This document shows, one piece after another, positions 1 to 9,986 of a DNA stretch of 40,740 nt (position 1 is its first letter; each line of letters starts with the position of its first letter). Under the pieces are notes generated by a model, which saw only the letters and a list, made by a program, of their open reading frames with translations, did no database searches and was not told where the DNA came from. Origin of the DNA: a virus (lineage: Duplodnaviria > Caudoviricetes); the IMG/VR virus record IMGVR_UViG_3300031965_000074, positions 1-40,740 of that record; one strand, 5' to 3'. The position numbers were made by a program, and so were the translations under genes.

Positions 1-2
1 CG

Positions 3-902
3 CTGGCCTGCGCCGTGCCGGAGGATACTGGGCCGATTACGGCCGTGGCATTCCTGAACGAGACCATGGTCGTGTTCTGCACGACTGGCGTGTATGTACT
101 GCCAGGTCAGGGCTTGAATGACCTGGGCCAGGGTACGAACTACGGGCCGGCGCAGCTGATTGCCGCCGACGTTGGCGCCGAGAAGCAGGAGCTGGTCGCG
201 ACTAGCAGCGATGGTATTATCTTCAAGTCGAGCAAGGGCTGGTACCTGCTGACCCGCGGCTGGGAAGTCCAGTACATTGGCAAGGCTGTCGAGGAGTACG
301 ACGACGACACCTGGTTGAGCGCGCACATCCTGGAGGACCGGCGCGAGCTGCGGCTGCTGAGCACTAGCCGCTGCATGGTGTACCACTATGAAGAAAAGCA
401 GTGGTCGGAGTGGACCATTACGGACGCGATTGCACCGGCCGTGATTTGGAACGGCGACTGGGTGTACCTGGCTAGCGACGGGCTAGTCTACACTGAGGAT
501 GCCGACTATACGAACTGCGATTATAGCCTGGACGTGGAGCTGCCGTGGATGACGTTCGCGGAGTTGCTCAACCGGCAAAAGGTCGGTTGGTTCGAGCTGC
601 TCGCTGAGTACCGCAGTGCTTGCCGCATTCGCGTGCGAGCGGCGTATAATCGTAACCCGGCGTGGGTAGACGACAAGTATTGGACGCCGACCGGGCTATC
701 TGCCGGCGCGGCTATTATGTTCCGACACGGGCTACGGTACCCGAACAGCGAGTCGGTCAAGATTAGGCTCACCGATGCGCAGGTCGGAAGTGCCGACCCA
801 CCGGCGGGCGAGTCATATCAGTTGGCCGGGCTAGCGTTCGGTGTTGGTTTCTTCCGCAAAAAGCGGCTGTGGCACGGACTAGCCGCGGCGAACAAGCAAT
901 AG
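3..902 (+). CDS. Tail tubular/nozzle protein (T7 gp12 / P22 gp10-like beta-propeller), 5'-truncated
   Basis: Frame is open from the window edge. Beta-rich, Trp-rich blades (MVYHYEEKQWSEWT). Sits directly upstream of three ejection-like genes, as in podoviruses. Confidence 0.6.
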   Translation: MACAVPEDTGPITAVAFLNETMVVFCTTGVYVLPGQGLNDLGQGTNYGPAQLIAADVGAEKQELVATSSDGIIFKSSKGWYLLTRGWEVQYIGKAVEEYDDDTWLSAHILEDRRELRLLSTSRCMVYHYEEKQWSEWTITDAIAPAVIWNGDWVYLASDGLVYTEDADYTNCDYSLDVELPWMTFAELLNRQKVGWFELLAEYRSACRIRVRAAYNRNPAWVDDKYWTPTGLSAGAAIMFRHGLRYPNSESVKIRLTDAQVGSADPPAGESYQLAGLAFGVGFFRKKRLWHGLAAANKQ

Positions 903-911
903 GGGTATATC

Positions 912-1553
912 ATGGCGAGTTACAATCCGTTTACTGGGCAGGGTGATGCCGAAGTTGAGGCATTCTTGCAGGCGAACCGTGGTCAGAACCCGCGGCATGC
1001 CTTCCGCGAGGAGCTGGGTCACCAGGCTAGCAACGCAGGCGCGTTCGCTAACCGGGGCGAGGCGGGCTACGGCGCACTGAGCCGCGAAGCCCAGGGCGAC
1101 CGGGAGCTACAGCGCAAGATTGCCACCGGCGAGCTTAGCTATAGCAAGGAGCAGCTGCGACAGGCGCTTCAGCAGAACATGGGCGTGCAGCAGTCGATGG
1201 CCGCTGGGGCTAGCCCGCAGAACGCTGCGGCTTCCGCGCGGACGGCCCAGATGCAGGCCGCTAACATGGGCGCCGGGCTCGCGGGGCAGCAAGCGCAGGC
1301 GGGCATCGCCGAGCGCATGGCCGCCACTGAGGGGCTTAACCGGGCTACCCTGGGCGCGCGGCAGCAGGACCTCCAGGCGGCACTACAGTCGCGGCAGAAT
1401 CAGCTGGGTGCGCTGGGACAGGGCTTCCAGACTCAGACGCAGTATGATATTGCTCAGATGCAGGAGCCTGAAGGCTGGGAAAAGGTCGCTGGCGTGGCCC
1501 TGGGCGGTGCTAATGCGTTTGCTCGGTTCAAAAACCCGAAGCCGCGGACCTAG
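912..1553 (+). CDS. Internal virion / DNA ejection protein (small, Gln/Ala/Gly-rich)
   Basis: 213 aa, helical Q/A-rich with a Gly-rich hydrophobic C-terminus; synteny after the nozzle gene. Confidence 0.55.
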   Translation: MASYNPFTGQGDAEVEAFLQANRGQNPRHAFREELGHQASNAGAFANRGEAGYGALSREAQGDRELQRKIATGELSYSKEQLRQALQQNMGVQQSMAAGASPQNAAASARTAQMQAANMGAGLAGQQAQAGIAERMAATEGLNRATLGARQQDLQAALQSRQNQLGALGQGFQTQTQYDIAQMQEPEGWEKVAGVALGGANAFARFKNPKPRT

Positions 1554-1555
1554 TA

Positions 1556-3736
1556 ATGCCTACCCTAGATGAGCTAATCGGGTCGGTTTCGCTACAGGAA
1601 GAACCGACTGAAAATCTGTCGCCGTGGGAGTATGAGCACTGGCGACAGGAGCAAGGTAACATGTTGGCCAATGCGGAGGCTGAGCGTCAAGTGGCCGGTG
1701 CCGGTAGCGGTTTCGCCGGTATGGCCACGGCTCCGTTCGCACAGCCGGCTATCACAGCTGCTGCCGCTGAGCCGCCACCGGTGGCGCCGGTGCCACAGTT
1801 GCAACGGTCTGCGCAGTCCGTGTCAGTGTCTGGCAACCGGGCCGGACCAGTCTCCCGGGCGCCGATTCAGTCGCAGCTGAACGTACCCGAGATGGCCGTG
1901 GAGGGCGTCAAGGACGCGCAGGCTACGGCGGACATCAGCATGCAAGCGGCTGGCGCTGCGGCTGGGTACGAGGAAGGTATAGAAGCCGCCAAGGGTACTG
2001 CCGCGCAGAGCAAGCAGGATGCCGAGCTGGACTACCGAGATGCTATGCGCTCACTAGAAAAGGAACGCGACGCTTCCATTGCCAGGCGCCTGGAAGCCAT
2101 GCAGCGGTTCCGTGACAACATGGGCACCGTCGAGCCGAACCGGCTGTACAACGACATGGACGGCTTCCAGCGGTTCATGTTCGTGACCGCCGCCGCGCTG
2201 AACGGCATGCTGGCCGCCCACCAGGGCCGGACTACCAATGAGGTCCTGGAGATGGCCGACAAGATGGCCGACCGGGATGTCAAGGCCCAGATGGCGGACC
2301 TGGATACTAAGCAGGCCGTGTACGCGAACATGCAGGCCGAGCTGGACACGATTATCGGCGAGCATAACCGCGACGCCGTAGTCGAAACTGCGCTGAAGGC
2401 TAGCCGCCTTGAGGGTATTCAGCGCGCGTTCGAGGTCGAGGCTGCTTCGCGGGTGCCGGGCCGTGTGCAGGCGAACTACCTGGCGGCGGCGGCAGCGGCC
2501 AAGGGCAAGGTTGACGCCTCGTGGCAGGAAGTCCGCAAGCTGACTATCGACAATGAGAACAAGCGGCTGGACCGTAATCTCGATGCGTGGAAAGCCGCCG
2601 AGAGCGAGAATACCGAGCGGAACAAGTACCAGGCGCAGATTAAGCTGGCGCGTGACTTGGATGCAAGTAAAACCGGTAAGACCAACAAGTTGTCCCCCAT
2701 GGTACCTATCGGCGTCGTTACCGGGTTTACCGACAAGGAAGGCAACCAGATTCCGGCGCCGGGCGTGGACGCGAAGTCACAGCAGGAGAACCAGGAGCTG
2801 GCTCATGATATGTCGCTCGGTGCGCAGCAGCAGCTGAGGGCGCTCAAAGAGCTACAATCGATGAACCTGGACGAAGTTGCTGCGCTGGCCTCTATTAACC
2901 CCACGAGTCCGCACGTGGTGCGAGTCCAGACGTTGGCCAATCAGTGGCTGGACGGTAAACGCAAGACGGAGGGTATGGGCCTTGGTTCGGGCGTGTCCGA
3001 CAAGGATATGCGCATCTTCATGTCTGGCCTTGCGGCCGGTGACTACAGCCGGCTTTCTGTCGCTACGGGTACTATTGGTACCGTCATGTCGGAGCAGATT
3101 CCGGTTGCCATTGATGATGTTTACGACCAGATGAACCAGTGGATTAAGGGCAAAGGGGACCAGACGCAGTACGTGCAGGATGCGAAAGGTAAAGTCCATC
3201 GGATAGGCCATGACTATACGCAGGACACGTGGAAACCGCCGAGCTACTTCGACAAGACCACGGCGAAGTACGACCAGCCGCTAGAGACTGCGGATAAGGC
3301 GTGGCGAGAAATGAAGCCGCTGCGTGCCGAGGACGCCAGCAGGGGCCTAGACCAGCCCGGCACGGCCCAGACCGCCGTGGTGCGCCTGGAAAACCTGGCT
3401 AAGCAAGTCAAGCGCGGCACCTTTGATAACGACTTGCTACGCCAGTTGCAAACGGCACGACGTGGCAGGGAGTACGCGGAAAGTCTCGGAGCCTACGCGA
3501 AGGGCGAGCTGAAGGTCAGCGCACCCGAAGTGGAGAAAGCCGCCGCTGAGCTAGAGGCCGCTGTGACTAGCCGCCACGAGCAGATTAGTGGCGGGCAGTA
3601 CTTTCAGTCGAGCAGCGACCCCAGCCAGCCGTTGCCGCGCACTGTGCCGCGCATTGTGCAGCCGCTGGACCAGCCTGTCAAACCCTGGGAAAGCACCGAC
3701 GACCGGCCCGACCTTGTAGCCCCCTTCGACAGGTAA
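1556..3736 (+). CDS. Internal virion / ejection protein (726 aa, coiled-coil)
   Basis: Long Ala/Gln-rich helical ORF in a tightly packed operon with its neighbours. Confidence 0.55.
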   Translation: MPTLDELIGSVSLQEEPTENLSPWEYEHWRQEQGNMLANAEAERQVAGAGSGFAGMATAPFAQPAITAAAAEPPPVAPVPQLQRSAQSVSVSGNRAGPVSRAPIQSQLNVPEMAVEGVKDAQATADISMQAAGAAAGYEEGIEAAKGTAAQSKQDAELDYRDAMRSLEKERDASIARRLEAMQRFRDNMGTVEPNRLYNDMDGFQRFMFVTAAALNGMLAAHQGRTTNEVLEMADKMADRDVKAQMADLDTKQAVYANMQAELDTIIGEHNRDAVVETALKASRLEGIQRAFEVEAASRVPGRVQANYLAAAAAAKGKVDASWQEVRKLTIDNENKRLDRNLDAWKAAESENTERNKYQAQIKLARDLDASKTGKTNKLSPMVPIGVVTGFTDKEGNQIPAPGVDAKSQQENQELAHDMSLGAQQQLRALKELQSMNLDEVAALASINPTSPHVVRVQTLANQWLDGKRKTEGMGLGSGVSDKDMRIFMSGLAAGDYSRLSVATGTIGTVMSEQIPVAIDDVYDQMNQWIKGKGDQTQYVQDAKGKVHRIGHDYTQDTWKPPSYFDKTTAKYDQPLETADKAWREMKPLRAEDASRGLDQPGTAQTAVVRLENLAKQVKRGTFDNDLLRQLQTARRGREYAESLGAYAKGELKVSAPEVEKAAAELEAAVTSRHEQISGGQYFQSSSDPSQPLPRTVPRIVQPLDQPVKPWESTDDRPDLVAPFDR

Positions 3737-3738
3737 AC

Positions 3739-6700
3739 ATGCCTACGTATACAGACGGCATTCGCAGCCTCACGGTAGACCTGGCTGACGGGCAGAAGCT
3801 CCTGGACGCAGGCTGGAAAGCCGCGGACGATACTGAAGCTGTGCCCGTCGTCACGGTCGGTGGCCGCACTGGACAGGTGCAGCTGCGCGACATGGAGCGG
3901 CAGCAGGCGAAGGTTCCCGTCGCCGAGCGCAACCGGGCTGACCTGGAGACGGAGCAGTACGAGCTGCTGCGTAAGAAGCAGCTCCAGGACGACCACGGCG
4001 GGTTTGCCGACCGGGTCTTGACGGCCGGTGAGGGCGTGGTTAGTGCCGTCACTTTCGGCGGCTATGACCCGCTGGCCCGCGCGCTGGGTGTAAACGTAGA
4101 CGAACGCGCTGAGGCTAACCCGGGCTATCGCGGAGTAGGCGAAGCCGTGGGTCTGGTCGGCAGCGGCGTCGGCGCCCTGGGTAAAGGCGTCGTCGGGGCT
4201 GCGCTGCGCAGCCCGCTAGTACCGGCCGGCTTTGCGTCGGCGAAGACTTTCAAGGCAGGCGAGAAAATCGGCGGGCTGCGTGGACTAGCTGCCGGTGCCG
4301 CCGCTGATGGCGCCATCTATAGCGGGTTGCACAACCTGACCAGCACGGACTTCGCCGACCCGGAGCTGACCGCCGAGGTCGTCGTGTCTGACGTGCTCCA
4401 GGGCATGTTCGCCGGTGCGGCTATCGGCGGCGGCGCCGGTACCGTACTAGGTGCCGTCGGGAAAGCCGGCGCTGCGTACAGTGCGCGCGCGAAGAAGCTG
4501 GACCACCTGGAAGCGTTGGCCGGCTTCGAGAAGGCCGACGGGCTGCACAAGGGCATGGCCCGGACTATTGGCGACTTCGACCGCGCCGCAGACGGCACCG
4601 TGAAGCGTATGGCTAGGCAGGCCGGTACGCCCGGCCCGCTGCAAATGAGCCGCGACGAGCTGGACTACTTCGCGCAGGCGTCGAGGGAACTCGGCCCGCA
4701 CGAGAAGTCCGTGGTCGATAGCCTGGTCACGATGCACAAGACCGTCAAGTCGGCCAAGTCGGCACCGCTAGACCCGGCGCTGCTGCGCGAGCCGCTGGCG
4801 GCGTACGACCAGGCGCATAGTAAGCTGGTCAATGACAGCATCCTGGCCGCCGGTGTGCCCGCTGACAAGCTGAACAGCATACGCGAGCTGAGCGCTAACC
4901 TGCGCCGGGTCGCCGCCCTGGGCGAGAATACCAACATCGGGTCGGATATGCTGCTCCACGAGATTCGCACCGTCGGCCGGAAGTACGGCGTTAAGCCTAC
5001 GGCTGAGCTGGTAGAGAGCATCAAGGCGTTGCCGGCGCAGGCAGACGCTATCCGGGAAGCCGCCGCAGCTGCGAAGACATCCGCCGTGAAGGCCGGCGAC
5101 GTGGAGGGCCTCAAGGCGGCCAGTAGCCGGCTAGCCAAGGCTATGCTGGTTGGCAAGAACCGCAAGTGGTTCAAAGTTGACGCCGTAGAGCGCGCGGCCG
5201 GGAAGCTGTCGGACGACAAGTTTAGCCTGTACCTTGCGGACTGGGACGAGTACGCCGATGCGCTGAAGTCGGCGGCGACCCTGGGCAAGGCGGACGTGCC
5301 CGAGTCGGTTAGCCACATGCTGGACAGCTTCCGTGAACGGTTGCTGGGCCTGCGCCGCACGCCGGGCGCTATGCCGGGGCTAGACACAACGGCCGTGGAC
5401 GCCGCCCGGGCTCGGATGTTCGAGACCTTCGGGGCTAAGCACCAGCAGCTGACGAGTGACCATATTCGCGGGATTTATCACCCAAGCGTGTTGGAAGCTG
5501 ACCGCGCGATAGCTTTGCGCGCTGTATACGACTACCAGCAGGAAGTCCTGAAGTTTGGCGTGGCGACGAACAATCTGCCACTGCAGCAGCAGGCCGAGCT
5601 GATGATGACCCGTATAGGCGAGCAGATGCGCTCCGTGGTGGGCAACGCGCCCATCGATGGGCCCGGCGGGCTCAAGGAGCTGATGCTAGCCGTCGCTGGC
5701 GGCGAAGTCGTGGACGACCTGGGGCTGCCGGACGAGCTGAAGTACGCCATGTACGCCGGTGCAGTCGGCAAGGTCATGCGCGGCCGTAGCGGCGGCGGCG
5801 GGGGCGGCGGCCGGACTGGATTGGTAGGCCGGATGTTCCGCCGTGGCGGTGGTTACGGGCTTGGCCGTATAGCGGCTGGCCCGGGCGCTATGGCAGCCGC
5901 AGCCACTAGGGGCGCCGCTACTGAGGGCGGCTACAGCGGTGTGAACGCACTGCTCGGCGCTGGCGACGTGACTAGCGCCGTGGGCAACAACCGGGCCCGT
6001 ATGCGGCGGGCGCTCGCAGACGCTATCAGCGGACCGGCGAGCCGTGTGGCAGCCGCGAAGGGGCCGAACCTGTTGCATAACCTGGACCTGCGCATGGACG
6101 ACGAAACCGAGCGGCCGGCGGCGAAGTCGGACCGCGAAGCCGTGGAGCGACTGCGCAAGGATGTCGCCCGCGCGGTGGCTAACCCGCGGGTGCTAGCTGA
6201 GCGCCTGGACGAGCGGCTGGCCCCTATGCGGACCATCAACGACAAGTTAGCCGACAAGTCGCGCGACAAGCTGACCGGGGCGTACATGCACCTGAATGCC
6301 GCGTTGCCACGCGACCCGGGCTCGAACTACACGTTCGGGCGCAGTAACTGGGAGATGGACGAGCTAGCCGTGTTCGAGGCCGCCGAGACTATACGCGGCA
6401 CGATTACGCCGATGCTAGTCATCGAGGACGCCCTCGCCGGCCGGCCGGTCAGTATCCAGGCGGCCCGAGCGGTTCAGCAAGTGTGGCCCGAAATACTGGC
6501 CGACACGAAGATGGACCTACTTGAAGCCGTCGTCGGCAATGAGGACAAGGTTCCGTACGAGACCGTGGTACAGGCGAGCACGCTGTACGGCCAGGCCTTC
6601 GATGCGACGATGCAGCCCGAGTTCCGGGCATTCATGAAGAACATGCAGTTGAGTGAACAAGAATCCCAGGTACCGGCGGGGCCCCCACAGGGCGGCGGTG

Positions 6701-6750
6701 GCGGCACCTATGAAGAGGACCTGACGATGTCCCAGAGGTTGCAAAAGTAA
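3739..6750 (+). CDS. Large internal virion / ejection protein (1003 aa)
   Basis: Ala/Gly-rich with GxxxG hydrophobic segments (GAAIGGGAGTVLGAVG) typical of membrane-channel-forming ejection proteins; third of the triad. Confidence 0.55.
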   Translation: MPTYTDGIRSLTVDLADGQKLLDAGWKAADDTEAVPVVTVGGRTGQVQLRDMERQQAKVPVAERNRADLETEQYELLRKKQLQDDHGGFADRVLTAGEGVVSAVTFGGYDPLARALGVNVDERAEANPGYRGVGEAVGLVGSGVGALGKGVVGAALRSPLVPAGFASAKTFKAGEKIGGLRGLAAGAAADGAIYSGLHNLTSTDFADPELTAEVVVSDVLQGMFAGAAIGGGAGTVLGAVGKAGAAYSARAKKLDHLEALAGFEKADGLHKGMARTIGDFDRAADGTVKRMARQAGTPGPLQMSRDELDYFAQASRELGPHEKSVVDSLVTMHKTVKSAKSAPLDPALLREPLAAYDQAHSKLVNDSILAAGVPADKLNSIRELSANLRRVAALGENTNIGSDMLLHEIRTVGRKYGVKPTAELVESIKALPAQADAIREAAAAAKTSAVKAGDVEGLKAASSRLAKAMLVGKNRKWFKVDAVERAAGKLSDDKFSLYLADWDEYADALKSAATLGKADVPESVSHMLDSFRERLLGLRRTPGAMPGLDTTAVDAARARMFETFGAKHQQLTSDHIRGIYHPSVLEADRAIALRAVYDYQQEVLKFGVATNNLPLQQQAELMMTRIGEQMRSVVGNAPIDGPGGLKELMLAVAGGEVVDDLGLPDELKYAMYAGAVGKVMRGRSGGGGGGGRTGLVGRMFRRGGGYGLGRIAAGPGAMAAAATRGAATEGGYSGVNALLGAGDVTSAVGNNRARMRRALADAISGPASRVAAAKGPNLLHNLDLRMDDETERPAAKSDREAVERLRKDVARAVANPRVLAERLDERLAPMRTINDKLADKSRDKLTGAYMHLNAALPRDPGSNYTFGRSNWEMDELAVFEAAETIRGTITPMLVIEDALAGRPVSIQAARAVQQVWPEILADTKMDLLEAVVGNEDKVPYETVVQASTLYGQAFDATMQPEFRAFMKNMQLSEQESQVPAGPPQGGGGGTYEEDLTMSQRLQK

Positions 6751-6753
6751 ACT

Positions 6754-7161
6754 ATGCCAGTGATTCAGCTACTTGACGAGGAAACGGCTACCAATGGGGC
6801 CCCCAGTGCGGCTACCGACGGCGTAGCCGTGAAGGCCATTTGTGACCGGGCGGCAGTCGTGCTGAAGTCCACGGCGGGCAGTGGTACGATGACCGTGACC
6901 CTGAAGCTGTGGGGCTACTATGACGCGATGGCTGCGTGGGCACCTATTGGTGTGCACGCGACTGCTGCGACGAAAGGCGTGCTCAACGCGGGCAATGCTA
7001 TCGGCGAGACCGGCGCGGATTCGCTGCGCCATGCGGAGGTCGTGTCCGGCCTGCTCCGGGCTAGCCGGCTGTACCTGGAGGTCGCCGCTATTGGCGGTAC
7101 CGCGACCGCTGTGTCGGCGTGGGCTGACCTAGTGCCGGTCGGCGCAGTCACGGCAGGCTAA
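6754..7161 (+). CDS. Putative virion structural protein (beta-rich, 135 aa)
   Basis: A/T/G/V-rich composition; operon position. Confidence 0.4.
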   Translation: MPVIQLLDEETATNGAPSAATDGVAVKAICDRAAVVLKSTAGSGTMTVTLKLWGYYDAMAAWAPIGVHATAATKGVLNAGNAIGETGADSLRHAEVVSGLLRASRLYLEVAAIGGTATAVSAWADLVPVGAVTAG

Positions 7162-7164
7162 GCT

Positions 7165-8142
7165 ATGGCTGACGTTAGCCACCGCGGAGGTAGTTCGAGC
7201 CATGCGACGGGCAGTGTTAGCCACAGGTCGGCTGGCCCGGCTAACGTTGCACCGGTGGCTAGCTTCACGAGCGTAGAGTCTGACCTGGAAGCTACGTTCA
7301 CGGATACGTCTACGGACGGCGACGGCACCGTGTCGGCCTGGTCATGGGACTTCGGCGACGGCTATTGCAGCACGGTGCAAAACCCGGTGCATGAGTATGC
7401 GGGTGCCGGCACGTATGAGGTTACATTAACTGTAACGGACAACCTCGGCGCACAGCACTCGGTGTCGGCTGACGTGACAGTGGCGGCTGGTGCTGGCGGC
7501 GGGCGGGCCGAGGTAATAGCTGCGCTCCTCGAAACCGGTTTTGACCCAGCCAGTTTGAATACGTACCAAACAGGCTCAGTTGCCCCGTCGGCCAATCGGA
7601 CACTCTACATTGCCACGGTGGCTGTCGAACCGGTCGGTCACTTTGCGTGGGTCGCCGACGTAGTAGGCCTCGGTCTAGCTTGGAAACCTATACTGCAAGT
7701 CCCCAAGAGCGTCACCAACACCAACATGTCTATCTGGAAGGCGGACATCATCGGAGGTGCTCCTACTCCAGGCGTTATTGACATAACACTTGACGGCACC
7801 CGGGACCCTGCGGTCGATGACCTACTGTGGGTGGCGTGGGAGATGGGCGGACTGGCCGCTGATCGGGGACCAGAGCAGCAAACCCTGGTCGCCGATAATA
7901 CCGCGTCACTGACTGTTGAGCTGAAGGCGCTGGAGAACGCGGCAAATGCGATGCTCTGTGTAGCGTTCAACATCACTGCGGACATGACACCGGATGCCAA
8001 TTTTACCGAAATCGGCGAAGTGTATGGCGGGTCGCGGGGGCTCAGCGTCTCGTTCGCGATTGGTGAAACACAGTCAACGATTACTATGGCCAGTAACCAG
8101 CTGCGTGTCGCGGGCCTGGAGTTGCGGAGCGCAGACGCATGA
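7165..8142 (+). CDS. PKD (Ig-like) domain protein, probable virion decoration/adhesin
   Basis: PVASFT...SAWSWDFGDG...QNPVHEYAGAGTYEVTLTVTD is the PKD signature; unrelated beta-rich C-terminal domain follows a Gly linker. Confidence 0.85.
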   Translation: MADVSHRGGSSSHATGSVSHRSAGPANVAPVASFTSVESDLEATFTDTSTDGDGTVSAWSWDFGDGYCSTVQNPVHEYAGAGTYEVTLTVTDNLGAQHSVSADVTVAAGAGGGRAEVIAALLETGFDPASLNTYQTGSVAPSANRTLYIATVAVEPVGHFAWVADVVGLGLAWKPILQVPKSVTNTNMSIWKADIIGGAPTPGVIDITLDGTRDPAVDDLLWVAWEMGGLAADRGPEQQTLVADNTASLTVELKALENAANAMLCVAFNITADMTPDANFTEIGEVYGGSRGLSVSFAIGETQSTITMASNQLRVAGLELRSADA

Positions 8143-8411
8143 AAACCTACCGCACGAAGGTAGGCGTGGATGCGGGTGCGGAGTTCTCGCTTCCCCTGCT
8201 CGACCTGCCAATTGACACCCGTAACCTGGTTTCTATTGTTATCCAGCCAGACGGCTACGCGCATGTCACGGTACGCGACCCGTTGACTGTCAGACAATCA
8301 ACGATGCTCGGCACCGAACGCGAAGTCACCCGCACCGAGCGCGACGCTAGCCGCGAAGGAGCGATGCTGGCCGCGGTCGAGGACGAGGACGAGCCGCCGA
8401 GGACGAGATGA
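8139..8411 (+). CDS. Hypothetical protein
   Basis: ATGA-coupled to both neighbours. Confidence 0.55.
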   Translation: MKTYRTKVGVDAGAEFSLPLLDLPIDTRNLVSIVIQPDGYAHVTVRDPLTVRQSTMLGTEREVTRTERDASREGAMLAAVEDEDEPPRTR

Positions 8412-8614
8412 GTAACAAAGGACAACCCATGACTAACCCAGGCGACCTGAAGCTAGAAACGCGGCTTAGCCGCATGGAAGAAAAGCTCGATGTCCTCGTG
8501 GAAAGCGTGACTATTTTGCGCATTAAAGCGGGCTTCTACGGCGCCGCTACCGGCGGGCTGTTCGGGCTACTAGCCGGCGCGGCCGTGACGTACTGGCTGG
8601 GAGGCAGCGAATAA
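8408..8614 (+). CDS. Small membrane protein (coiled coil + C-terminal TM; holin/XhlA-like)
   Basis: RLSRMEEKLD coiled coil followed by a GAATGGLFGLLAGAAVTYW TM segment. Confidence 0.5.
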   Translation: MSNKGQPMTNPGDLKLETRLSRMEEKLDVLVESVTILRIKAGFYGAATGGLFGLLAGAAVTYWLGGSE

Positions 8615-9426
8615 TGCCCGAGGGCAGACCAGAGGACTATCTGCTGGACGAGAACGGCCGACCGGTTGGGCTGATGGCGGACCCCGCCGCGGAGGCGACT
8701 GGCTTTGACCCGGGGATTGGCCCGTACATGGACCGGCCGGGCATGCCCCGCGACGCCGACTATAAGGTCAACACGCCCCGGGGTCCGCTGTACAACCAGG
8801 GCGCAGCAGACTACACGCGCGACCGGGCGCAGCATATCCGTGACTGGCAAGCTAGCCGCAACGTTAGCAGCGCACCGGCGGAGGATGCCCGCCTGGATAA
8901 GCCGGCCTCAGCAGCCGAGCCCAGCGGCGAGGTCAGCAACCTGGACATGGCCCGCGCGGTGTATAACTCGCTGCGTGAGCGCATCGCGGCGGAGGCTGAT
9001 AACCCTAGGGGTATGCCCCGGCCGCCAGCCAGGATGGAGCGGGGTATGGAAGCTGCCGAGGCTAAAGCCAAGGTGCCACTCGCACAAGCAGACGCAGCCG
9101 CAAAAGGCGTCGAGTTTGAACAGCTGGACGCACTGCTGAAGCACCGAGAAAAGCTGGACAAGATAGGCCCGGACGCTTACTCCGACTGGGTCAAGACGCC
9201 AGGCGGCCACGACTTCATCGAGTCCATGTTGCAACACAGTGCCAAGCAGGAGTTCCGGGAACGCGAAGGCTACCATATGCCGGACCGCCCGGGCTACGAG
9301 GAGCCAAAGCCGCAGCCCAGCCACTGGGAGAAGATGTACGAGCAAATGCGCAAGGGCAAGGAAGACAGCGCCGCCGTGGACCGGATACTCCGGGAAGCCG
9401 AGCGTAGCAAAATGGACCCGGTCTAA
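8614..9426 (+). CDS. Hypothetical hydrophilic protein (270 aa)
   Basis: TAATG coupling; typical codon usage; no motif recognised. Confidence 0.55.
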   Translation: MPEGRPEDYLLDENGRPVGLMADPAAEATGFDPGIGPYMDRPGMPRDADYKVNTPRGPLYNQGAADYTRDRAQHIRDWQASRNVSSAPAEDARLDKPASAAEPSGEVSNLDMARAVYNSLRERIAAEADNPRGMPRPPARMERGMEAAEAKAKVPLAQADAAAKGVEFEQLDALLKHREKLDKIGPDAYSDWVKTPGGHDFIESMLQHSAKQEFREREGYHMPDRPGYEEPKPQPSHWEKMYEQMRKGKEDSAAVDRILREAERSKMDPV

Positions 9427-9445
9427 TCGGCCCGGTCGATTTCTA

Positions 9446-9514
9446 TTGACAGCCGCCACCGGATTTGGTATCATGTGTTATGCTGTAGGGTGGCTTGGGT
9501 GGGTTAAGTAAGTA
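9446..9514 (+). promoter_or_regulatory. Sigma70 promoter (TTGACA-17-TATCAT, extended -10 TG) plus conserved G-rich leader, copy 1; drives the lysis cassette
   Basis: TTGACA 9446-9451, TATCAT 9469-9474, then GTGTTATGCTGTAGGGTGGCTTGGGTGGGTTAAGTAAGTA. Confidence 0.85.
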
Positions 9515-9538
9515 CTATACAGATAGAGTTAGCACATT

Positions 9539-9802
9539 ATGACCACACTGGAAATCATCGCTGCCGTTGTAACCGCCCTCGTAAGTGCTCTCGGCTTCTG
9601 GCTAGACCACCGCCGCCGCGCCGCCGTCGCCGAGCAGCTCCGGTCCGAAGCCACTGCTAAAGCCGCCATGAAAGCCGTGGTCGTGCTACGAAAGGAACTC
9701 ACAGACCGTGATAGAAAGCTACAACTCGTCGCTGCTAAGCTCGCTGCGAACCGCCCTACTGCTGACCTTGCTGCTGACCTTAACCGCCTGTGGGGCAAAT
9801 AG
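9539..9802 (+). CDS. Putative inner-membrane spanin (Rz-like)
   Basis: N-terminal TM (IIAAVVTALVSALGFWL) then an Ala/Leu coiled coil; overlapped in +1 frame by a lipoprotein. Confidence 0.6.
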   Translation: MTTLEIIAAVVTALVSALGFWLDHRRRAAVAEQLRSEATAKAAMKAVVVLRKELTDRDRKLQLVAAKLAANRPTADLAADLNRLWGK

Positions 9803-9986
9803 CCTGGTTGTCCCCGCCGCTGCGCATAGCCACAGCGAGCCCCCGCCGCGGCCGGCCGTGACCTGGTTCGAGTGCCAACCCCGGGTCGTCTGTGTGGCCC
9901 ATGATGATGCCGCCGCTGTGTTTGCCTACATTGAAGCCCTAGACCGCTATTTCGCCCTACTTACAGAGGAACACTCAAATGATTGA
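9708..9986 (+). CDS. Putative outer-membrane spanin lipoprotein (Rz1-like)
   Basis: Hydrophobic signal ending in lipobox LTAC; Pro-rich segment; additional Cys; overlaps the i-spanin 3' end. Confidence 0.6.
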   Translation: MIESYNSSLLSSLRTALLLTLLLTLTACGANSLVVPAAAHSHSEPPPRPAVTWFECQPRVVCVAHDDAAAVFAYIEALDRYFALLTEEHSND

